From an uncultured Planctomycetota bacterium (GTDB lineage Bacteria; Planctomycetota; Planctomycetia; Isosphaerales; Isosphaeraceae), in contig CAWGMQ010000002.1 of assembly GCA_963823665.1 (NCBI GenBank), forward strand, positions 32,001-96,000: DNA of 64,000 bases, given 5' to 3'. Made by a program: the position numbers and the translations under genes. Positions 56,295 through 64,000 of the stretch are shown here, one piece after another; position 1 is the stretch's first letter; the number at the start of each line of letters is the position of its first letter. The notes under the pieces were generated by a model that was given only the letters and a program-made list of their open reading frames with translations, made no database searches and had not been told where the DNA came from.

Positions 56295-57053
56295 CTATTC
56301 GACAGTACGAATTGTCCAGAAATCGCTCGTCAGCGCACTTGTCATGTACGCATAAGGCAAATAGAAATACCCCCCATCCCCCCAGCTCGACCCCCACGAG
56401 TTTCGCACGGTAAACGTCGACGACGCGTCGTCGTAGCCGACAGCCATCACCGCATGGCCGCCGATCGCACGCTCAAACCAGTTCGGCATCGGCACATGCC
56501 CCGTTCGCGCGACGTAATCCGACTCGAAGCTCGCATAGACAGTGAAGCCGAAAACAAAGGGAAAGCCCGCCGCAAGGCAGCCGCGGAAATCGCTCAGATC
56601 CTGATTGACAGTCTCGTAAACGAGCGCCAGATGCTTGGAAGCATCGTCGTAGCACGCCGCCGGCGGCTGGACCGTGAACTGGCTGACGTCGTACGGCCAT
56701 TCCGTCTCAGGGCAATCACCCCACTGGGCTACACTCTTGATGCCGTCCCGGATCTGTGCACCTGAATCGGACCCGACGGTCCCTTCGATCGCGCGCTCAT
56801 TATAATAAATGAATAAGCGAGATGGTGTTGAAACCGGCAGCTTCTGGCGGGCCGCGTCGAACTCGAGTGCCGCTGCAATCGCATTCGCCGTGCAGCTTCC
56901 AAGTTCTCCCTGGTCATAAACCGGTGGACATTGTGCTCGCAGATCAACGGCCGGCGGAAGTCCGGCAGCCGCTTTAGCATTCTGCGCGAGTTGGAACTTT
57001 CGGTCTCGTTGATCCGGCAAGTCGCGGACCCACCCATACCTTCTTGTCGCCAT
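56295..57053 (-). CDS. C1A papain-family cysteine protease without signal peptide
   Basis: QGELGSCTANA (catalytic Cys), GGHAV (His) and RNSWG (Asn); start overlaps the upstream stop (TAATG). Confidence 0.92.
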   Translation of the reverse strand: MATRRYGWVRDLPDQRDRKFQLAQNAKAAAGLPPAVDLRAQCPPVYDQGELGSCTANAIAAALEFDAARQKLPVSTPSRLFIYYNERAIEGTVGSDSGAQIRDGIKSVAQWGDCPETEWPYDVSQFTVQPPAACYDDASKHLALVYETVNQDLSDFRGCLAAGFPFVFGFTVYASFESDYVARTGHVPMPNWFERAIGGHAVMAVGYDDASSTFTVRNSWGSSWGDGGYFYLPYAYMTSALTSDFWTIRTVE

Positions 57054-57361
57054 TATGGATAACTCCTGACGCATTGGATGCATTCCAAGGTGCTTACTTT
57101 CGCCCCGCAGCGCAGACCACACCGCGCACAACCGCATCCTCCGGCTTCGGTTGACCGGAACATGCAGTCGCGTACGGCGCGTGCCAGGGCTATGGACTCC
57201 GCCGCCGTCGGTCCGGGACGCGGCGGCTCCTTCGCCAATCGCTGCACCAGTGCCGAATACTCGGCACGAACTAGAGCATTGGGATGCTCGAGGCAGAGAT
57301 AGCGGTATCGTTCCACCCCGGTGCGGACGATGACCAGCTCGAGTGCTTCAACAAGTGTCAA
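57053..57361 (-). CDS. Small Cys-rich hypothetical protein
   Basis: C-terminal C...CGCARC...C...CIQC cluster; translationally coupled to the protease. Confidence 0.65.
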   Translation of the reverse strand: MTLVEALELVIVRTGVERYRYLCLEHPNALVRAEYSALVQRLAKEPPRPGPTAAESIALARAVRDCMFRSTEAGGCGCARCGLRCGAKVSTLECIQCVRSYP

Positions 57362-57390
57362 TGGAGAGGCGCAGCGCCGCTGAGCAAGCC

Positions 57391-57726
57391 TTACTTCGCT
57401 TCTCCGCCCTCGCCGGCGAAGGGCATTTCCCCGCCGTGCTGCTCCCCGGGCTTTTGATCGGGGGCCAGCCGACGACGGTTGAGCTCGGCGTCAACCCGTG
57501 CGAGTAGCTCGGCGTGCGCACGCATTTTTCCGCGAAAGATGTAGAGGGCGACCGCGCTGCCGAACATGGAGACGACGATCGAGACCATCCATTTCACGTC
57601 GTCGAATTGCAAGCCGACGACAGCCGTGGTCGCCGACGCCAGTGCAAGAAAATGCACCGCCCCGTACTTTTGGGATAACAACATGAGCGTCCCTATACCA
57701 CAATTCCCGATGTCGTTTTGGTCCAC
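57391..57726 (-). CDS. Small membrane protein (holin-like topology)
   Basis: One or two hydrophobic segments followed by a charged C-terminal tail; in operon after the portal-like gene. Confidence 0.55.
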   Translation of the reverse strand: MDQNDIGNCGIGTLMLLSQKYGAVHFLALASATTAVVGLQFDDVKWMVSIVVSMFGSAVALYIFRGKMRAHAELLARVDAELNRRRLAPDQKPGEQHGGEMPFAGEGGEAK

Positions 57727-57762
57727 AGTGTCGATCAGTCCCTGTCCCGGATCCGCTTCGAT

Positions 57763-59712
57763 CTACTCGACCGACGGAATCATGTTTCCGATCATCGTGC
57801 TCCCAGACTCTCCGGTTGGATCTTCGCCACCGGCTTGCTCGGGTGAGCCTCCCCCGGTAAAGGCCTCGGCCTGGCTTGAGATGCCTCCCGGCGCCCATTC
57901 ACTGGGCTGACCCGATGCAATCGACTTGGTCGCCAGCATCGAGTCGATCTCCTGGTCGAGAGCAACGTATTCCTCGTCCGACAGTCCTAGGAGAAGCTGG
58001 CGAATGATCGACTTGTACCCGAGACCTTCAGTCTGCGGCGCCGTTCCTGCCGACTTGAATGACTGCTGCATCCGCGTGAGGCCGTCAATGAGCTCGGAAG
58101 CGCTGAATAGCTCAAATCGCGCGGGATAGATCACCCTGATCGCCTCTCTCTCCGCCGACGTCACGGGGCGGCCGCGAAGAACCAGAAGCGCGAATTCGGC
58201 GATGAATCGTTCCGCGCGCGCCAGCGACTTCGCTATCGACCCGAGCAGCTTGTGCCCCGCCGCCGCGTCGAGCTGCTTGGAGATGCCCGACTGGGCCACG
58301 GTCCACCCGCCGTGACCCGCGCCGGAACCGGCCGCCACACCCGCCGGCTTGATGAGACACGCGCGTCGGTCCTTCATGTCGATGAGATCTTGCTTGTTCG
58401 TACGGAGCGAGGCGGCCGGGTCCTTCGGTGGGGATGTGTACTCCCAGCCTTCGTAGGCACCGCTCTCCGGGCTCTTTTTCTTCGGAAGAACGTAGCCGGG
58501 GCCAATCGACAGAGTGTTATCAGCCTTGCAATAATCCTCGGGCCCGGACAGGAGCGGATGAGCCTGCAAGGTGTCGGATAGGATCAGTTCGCTGTCCCTG
58601 TTGTAGTACTCTCGCTGCAGCTCCGCGATTGCTTCATACCGCGATTTCCCGATTGTCGGCGTGCGGTGCTTTTTCAAATCGATGAGACGAACGATCGGCA
58701 CCCGGCCGAACGAATGCGGAACCCGATCGATCACCTCGTCGCCGCTGAAGTTGTAGAGCACCGACTCGTCCGATTTCCAGTGCCGGTAGCGGACGTAGTT
58801 CTTCCGCCAGGCTTCGCCTATCTTACCGGGGTCATCCACGTCGACTACGGTCCCGTTGCTGTCGACATCGATCCGCGCCGACGGGTCTTGATATTCGCGG
58901 ACCAGGCATTCGACGTAGCGACCGGAATTATCGCACCGCCACCAGACCATATTCTGTGGCAGGATGTACGAGGCCACGCATTTGTCCAGACCGAGCCGAA
59001 GTTCGTCCGCTCTTGTCTCGATGCGTTCGCCGGGCGGGGCCATCGGGTGGTCCAGACAAATGTCGATGCAGCCGAGCACCAGCAAAAGAGGCGCGACGGT
59101 CTCCCGCATCCAGTCATCGATCGGCGTTCCCCGGCCGTCGACGTCTTTCCACCATTCCGCGAGATCAGCCGGTCCCGCGCGGGTGACCTCTTGGTCATAG
59201 ACCTTGCTCAGGTGAATCTCGACCGCCTCGGCCACGAATTCGGGCACCGGCGTCCGGGCTCGCCGCAGCTCGTAGTCATCATCCTGCGCAGTCGACGCTG
59301 GATCTGCCCCCAGCATGCCGGGATACGGCCCGAAACCGATGCTCTGGCCTTCACCGCTCACCGCGGCCAGGCCGCCGGCAAACCCGCCATAAACAACCGG
59401 GAATTGTTGCGGGTCCGGATACTCTCGCCGATGTCGGAATAAATTGCGACATGGCAGCCCCTTGCGATCGGGACCGTATACCGCGTTTCGATATCGGTCG
59501 CCCCCTTCGTAAGAGTCGAGCAGCCAGCGCCAGCGGATCTGATGCTCGAGAAAGTCGACATGCCGCCGCTGCACGACGGTCTTCCCATCCGTCTCCGCTT
59601 CGCCGGCAACGATTTTTGCCCGCGACTGATGTGTCTCCGCACTTGTGATCGACCCGTCCCGACCTGTGCCCAGGCCGGCAGACGGTGAGGTCCGCTGCAG
59701 GAAGTTCAACAT
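57763..59712 (-). CDS. Probable phage portal protein
   Basis: 649 aa; WLLDSYEGG..Y and YELRRAR...VAEAVE N-terminal patterns, HSFGRVPIV and QSGISKQLD recall SPP1-type/DUF4055 portals; acidic flexible tail. Recognised by eye only. Confidence 0.68.
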   Translation of the reverse strand: MLNFLQRTSPSAGLGTGRDGSITSAETHQSRAKIVAGEAETDGKTVVQRRHVDFLEHQIRWRWLLDSYEGGDRYRNAVYGPDRKGLPCRNLFRHRREYPDPQQFPVVYGGFAGGLAAVSGEGQSIGFGPYPGMLGADPASTAQDDDYELRRARTPVPEFVAEAVEIHLSKVYDQEVTRAGPADLAEWWKDVDGRGTPIDDWMRETVAPLLLVLGCIDICLDHPMAPPGERIETRADELRLGLDKCVASYILPQNMVWWRCDNSGRYVECLVREYQDPSARIDVDSNGTVVDVDDPGKIGEAWRKNYVRYRHWKSDESVLYNFSGDEVIDRVPHSFGRVPIVRLIDLKKHRTPTIGKSRYEAIAELQREYYNRDSELILSDTLQAHPLLSGPEDYCKADNTLSIGPGYVLPKKKSPESGAYEGWEYTSPPKDPAASLRTNKQDLIDMKDRRACLIKPAGVAAGSGAGHGGWTVAQSGISKQLDAAAGHKLLGSIAKSLARAERFIAEFALLVLRGRPVTSAEREAIRVIYPARFELFSASELIDGLTRMQQSFKSAGTAPQTEGLGYKSIIRQLLLGLSDEEYVALDQEIDSMLATKSIASGQPSEWAPGGISSQAEAFTGGGSPEQAGGEDPTGESGSTMIGNMIPSVE

Positions 59713-59794
59713 GATGATTAATAGTGAGTGAGATGCACCCCGCGCAACCTGTCACCGGGTACGTCCCCGATTCGGGCTGTCTGCGGATCGGTGC

Positions 59795-60202
59795 TTATCG
59801 TTGGTGGTTGGCAGTCGCAAGTTGTGGTTTAACGGCCGGAGTCGGTGGATCCGGGAACCTCGCCAGCTCCGCGAGCAACCCGTCGAGGCGATCGAGCACC
59901 GCAGTCGGATCCCGCACGGCTCGCAAATTGTCCAGCTCCGCGATGGCACGCCTGAGCCATCGCGCCGTGATATGTTCGTCTTTGTCCGGCCTTCGCTCGA
60001 AGTAACCCGATTCGACGAGCCCGATTAATCGCCTCGCGATGGCCGCCGCCCGTAACGGTGCGGACCCAGCTTTGATGTGGGGAGGACGGATGGCTGTCAT
60101 GTCTTGCTCGTGTAAGCGCCTCAATGTGTGAGTCATCCTCCATGACACTCCCGCGCACTTCGCGGACACCTCTTGGCCGGTTTCGATCGCGAGGGCAATC
60201 AC
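59795..60202 (-). CDS. Hypothetical protein upstream of the portal-like gene; start uncertain
   Basis: Co-oriented ORF with amphipathic helical character. Confidence 0.45.
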   Translation of the reverse strand: MIALAIETGQEVSAKCAGVSWRMTHTLRRLHEQDMTAIRPPHIKAGSAPLRAAAIARRLIGLVESGYFERRPDKDEHITARWLRRAIAELDNLRAVRDPTAVLDRLDGLLAELARFPDPPTPAVKPQLATANHQR

Positions 60203-60491
60203 ACGCCACTCGCATTAATCTCACCAGTCGCTCGTCGCGCCTTACCCGGAGACCCCAATTTCGACATGCTCGATCTCCGGGTTCGCCGCCTCACGCTCCA
60301 ACGTGTGAGTATTTTGTCACCTGAATAATTATGCGCCGATTTTGCCAAAACGGCCGTGCCTGGAACTTCGACGACGCTTCGACCTTCGGCGCAACTCGAA
60401 TCCCCACAACGTGTACCGGATTCGCAAAAAACGTTCAGTTGAGCCCGTTCAATACGAATTGAAACATGACCGCTGTCCGTTCAAGTCGCAC

Positions 60492-61553
60492 TCAGTGCCC
60501 AGCTTTTACCTTGGCCGGTTCACCCCCACGCACATCGCGATACAAGCGTGCCAGTTCGACCAGCAGTTTCTCTAGTCGGGCATAATACTCGTCGTCCTTG
60601 AACTTTTCCTTCTGGTCGCGCAAGGCAGCAACCGCTGCTTCGAGCTCGTCGCGTCGTTGCCGAATCTCCACCGGCATCTCCCGCTCTCGGTCGCTGGGAA
60701 TGAGATGCAACTGATGAGCCCGAATCCCGTCGACGCTGGCACCGTCTTTGGCACGCTGGGTGGCACGGACACCCTTGAACCAGCTTGCCGGAGTCCCGAG
60801 GCGGTCGCCATTGTCATCCAACAGTGCATGTTCCGTCGCGAGCTGCGAATGCGTCCGATAATACTCTTCGACGCGGTGGCTCGCCGTTAGATATGCTTCC
60901 AGCAGAGAGACTTGGCCATCCTTGTCTAGATCAGCGAGTGGGTCGGTCATCGCCTCCGCAATAAACTCGCCGAACCGCGAAAAGTTCATCTCGAACCCAC
61001 TTTTGGTCGCCACCACAACCACCCGCTTGGGGCCCGAGAGCCGATTGAGGAACGGACCGCTTGCCGACGCACAGTTGATGATCACAACAGGTCGCTTGAC
61101 CGCGCTCAGCCAATCGGCAAGCTCCGCGTCCGTCAGGTCCGGTCCCTGGAGATTGAACTTGGCCTCGCGGCCGTCGTAAGTTCCGTGCCCGATCAAGACG
61201 ATCCAGAGTGGCTCGAGGCTCGGTTTCGACTTCTCGACCACCAAGGCGTGCAGTCGATCGTGGTCGGTAACACCCGGTTGTCCCGTCGCGCCGATCACGA
61301 TCGATTCGGCGCTCGCCTTGCCTGCGGCGGCCTTCCACGACCCGGCCCACCGTTCGAACTGGCTCTTGTATTCACCTGCACCCGGCGCCCCGACGACGAT
61401 AACCACACACTGCTTTTCCAGAGCGTTCACTGCTGCCAGATGGAAGCAAATCGTGAGCAACGCAATCATGATCCAGATCCGTCCTGTCTTTGCAGCCGAT
61501 TGACTCGATGATTCGCTCGCGACCCGGCGCCTGATCGCGTCAGGCCAGGCCAT
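60492..61553 (-). CDS. Exported hypothetical protein with possible caspase-like His-Cys dyad
   Basis: Signal-like segment, IVLIGHGT...VIINCAS and DLDKDGQVS EF-hand-like motif; last gene of an operon. Confidence 0.65.
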   Translation of the reverse strand: MAWPDAIRRRVASESSSQSAAKTGRIWIMIALLTICFHLAAVNALEKQCVVIVVGAPGAGEYKSQFERWAGSWKAAAGKASAESIVIGATGQPGVTDHDRLHALVVEKSKPSLEPLWIVLIGHGTYDGREAKFNLQGPDLTDAELADWLSAVKRPVVIINCASASGPFLNRLSGPKRVVVVATKSGFEMNFSRFGEFIAEAMTDPLADLDKDGQVSLLEAYLTASHRVEEYYRTHSQLATEHALLDDNGDRLGTPASWFKGVRATQRAKDGASVDGIRAHQLHLIPSDREREMPVEIRQRRDELEAAVAALRDQKEKFKDDEYYARLEKLLVELARLYRDVRGGEPAKVKAGH

Positions 61554-63900
61554 TCAAGCGCCTCAGGCCCCATTCCCCCAGCAAGCACACAATGGCGACC
61601 AGAAAATACAGGGGCTGATGCCAGAGCGGAGACGTCCAAGGCTCGGTGATCGGTGCGCTGCGCGAGGAGAGACTCGCTACGAATGAGGCAAGTCGATTGC
61701 CATCCACGACCTCGCCGCCTGTTTTTGCCGCAATCGTTCTCAGGTATTCTTGGTCAGGCTCGAGGCGGGCAAACTCGTCGGCAGCCGGCTGAGCCGCCCA
61801 GCCGGCTGCCTTCTCGCCTAGGGCGCTGCCGTCCGGCGCGGTCGCGGCGGCGACGATGTTGTAGGCACCCGGCTCTCGAGGAACATAAGTCGTCGCGTAA
61901 GCACCGGCCTCACGCAGGTCCGGCTCGCCGTCGAGTGTGAGTGTTTCACCCCCGGGTAGACGAACGCGAAAGGCGACCTTGGCATTCTCCAGCGGACGAT
62001 ATTCCGCATCGCGCACTCGGGCAGTGAGGCGAAGCGCCGGTGTCTCCGAGTCCGTCCTGGGACGCACGGTCACTTCAACGCGGCCTGGCACGTCGCCGAC
62101 CAGCCAGCGGACGGTCTGCCGCCATGAGCGATCGAAGTCGTCCTCCACCTGGTTCTCGCGGTACATTCCCCACCGCCACAAGTCGCCGATCAAGAGCGCC
62201 GCCACATGCCCCTTTCCAAACGACTGCGCCACGAGAGCCGGTGCCTTTGCCCCCGCTACTAAGTCCTGAACCTCCGAGAGCACCACGGCCCCAGGCTTCA
62301 CTTCGCCCGACCTGCTCAGCGTTTGGAACTCGACCATTCCGGCCAGCCGCTTGTTCTCTTCGTCTTCGGTCTTGCGTACCCGCACCCAGGGCTGTAGCCA
62401 GCCTTCTCGCGTCAGCACCAGGCGATACTTGCCGTCATCCTTCGGCACCACAGGCCGGCTCAGATAGACCGGCAGCAGCTCACCGATGGGCGTCTTGTCA
62501 TACCTGCCCTCGACAAAAGAATCCGGGCCGCCGAGCATCAATAACCCACCCCCGCGCTGGCTCACGAAATTCCTCAAGAGCGCCTGCTGGTCCGGGCTGA
62601 AAAAAGATGACCTCGAGATCGTCGATAATCACCGCGTGATACTTGTACAGCTCGTCAGCAGCCTTCGGAAAGCCGTCTCTCAGGTCCACTTCGTTCGTCC
62701 CTAACCGGATCAGCACCGGCTGGTCTTGCCGCTCGGCCGAATCGGGATCGGAGTGATCGAAACCGTCGAACAGAGGGCTCGTCGATCGCGCCCGCGCGCT
62801 GCGGAAGTCGAATTTCGGCTGGCGACTTGGCAATTCGCAGCAGCCCGATCAGCTCAACCTCTTTGTCCTCGTCGATCGCCCTGCGCAGGAACTTGAATTC
62901 CCAGTTGGGACGCCCGCTCACATAAAGCACCCGGTACGGCCCGCCCCCCTGATCAACCACGACCAGCCGGCTGTTATTGGCAAGAGTCTGCTCGCTCGTG
63001 CTCTGGAGAGTCGCCGGCTCCATCGTCTTTCTTCTCGTCGGCAACCGGTAACGCTTTGACGTGATAGAAGCTCACTCCTTTGCGCTCGGGTCGGAACTGA
63101 AATCGAAAGCCCAGCGGCTTGCCATCGCCGGTTGCTTTCAATACCTGGCGCTCGACTTGTTTGCCCCCCTCGTCGGCCAGAACAGCCACGATCTGCTCTC
63201 CGTTCAAACCGCTTGTCGCTACGTCCGCCCGGATAACAACCGGCGCCGACTCGAAATTCGTCTGATTGATCGAGACATGAGTGACGCCCACATCGCGACT
63301 GACCGATCCCGATGGAGGAATAACCGGATAGATCGGCCGTGACTGCGATAGATCCAGATCCTTCAGATCGGTGCGATTGCCGTCGCTGAAGAGCAGAATC
63401 CCGGCCAGCGGCAAGCCCCGGAACCGCTTCGAGAGCGCCTCGATCGATGTAGTCAGTGCGCTGCCCGTGCCGTCAAACGTCAACCCTTCAAATCCATCCA
63501 CGGCCCGGAGGTGCGTGTCGAACACATAGCTGCGGACGTCATAATCCTGGCCCAGTCGCGTTTTCCAGGCCGGTTCCCCCTGCAGCAGGCCGAGCATCCA
63601 ATCTCCATTCGTCTGGGTCGTCTTGCCGTCGCGAATCTGCAGACTCTGGCTGTTGTCGGCCAGAATCACGAAGGCATTGGCCCCCCGGCGCGGCCTTGAA
63701 CCGGTGAGCAGCGGCTCGAGCAAGCAGATCGCCAGTGCCGCGAAACCCAGAGCTTTCAGCACTCCGGCCGCAATTCTCACCGATCGTTTCGCCTCGGCCC
63801 GCGCGTAGCTCCAGAGAAGCGCCGCCACGGCCAGACCCACGAGCCCAACCGTCACGGCCATCCATTGCGGTGAGCCCCAGATCAGGGAAGGCAACGTCAT
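61540..63900 (-). CDS. Membrane protein with vWA-like and glutamine amidotransferase-like (DUF1355-type) domains; about three frameshifts near 63010, 62825 and 62590
   Basis: ORF pieces 62974..63900, 62655..63044, 62498..62833 and 61540..62577 form one protein: DNSQS MIDAS-like, LLFSDG, RPNWEFKFLRRA, FVSQRGGGLLMLGG, and C-terminal EWGLRRLNGLA. Confidence 0.8.
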
Positions 63901-64000
63901 TTACCGCTCCCCAGTCGCTCGTAATAACGCCGCACGCCCTCGGCGAACTGGGGCGGAACAGGGTCGCGATCGATCGGCACCAGCGCATCCGGCGACTCGC
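63897..64000 (-). CDS. C-terminal end of the upstream operon gene (partial)
   Basis: Translates ...VPIDRDPVPPQFAEGVRRYYERLGSGK*; stop overlaps the ATG at 63900. Confidence 0.7.
   Translation of the reverse strand, partial: ESPDALVPIDRDPVPPQFAEGVRRYYERLGSGK

Noticed and set aside
60395..60410. TCGAATCCCC as a tRNA T-arm att remnant
   Set aside because: Too short and does not match tRNA-Lys or form a stem.

Overview
GC-rich bacterial DNA, most likely Planctomycetota (Isosphaeraceae-like), inferred from a DUF1559 protein, two LERxxLL-type N-terminal motifs and gene context. About a dozen otherwise intact genes carry single frameshifts, which suggests long-read indel errors. The left ~11.4 kb is accessory: a giant repeat-rich adhesin/RTX-like gene with eight 240-bp repeats, a zinc-ribbon/HEAT protein and a large Ig-repeat protein, punctuated by two near-identical 64-bp 3' halves of tRNA-Ser(GGA) that look like att scars. 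The middle is mostly housekeeping: dnaJ-like/rnpA/yidD, Mrp, D-aminoacylase, AlkA, aminotransferase, sensor kinase, GH127, a CusA-type RND-MFP-TolC pump, tRNA-Ala, SIS/SDR/Rid, aguB/aguA, rluB, pyrK and tRNA-Lys. The most striking feature is a dispersed phage DNA-packaging set with no recognisable prophage around it. An intact TerS-like/TerL pair sits between aguA and rluB. About 6 kb away, beyond three host genes and tRNA-Lys, a co-oriented operon holds a portal-like gene, two small membrane proteins, a Cys-rich protein and a papain-family protease. No capsid, tail or integrase gene was seen. All functional calls are from motif recognition by eye, not database searches.
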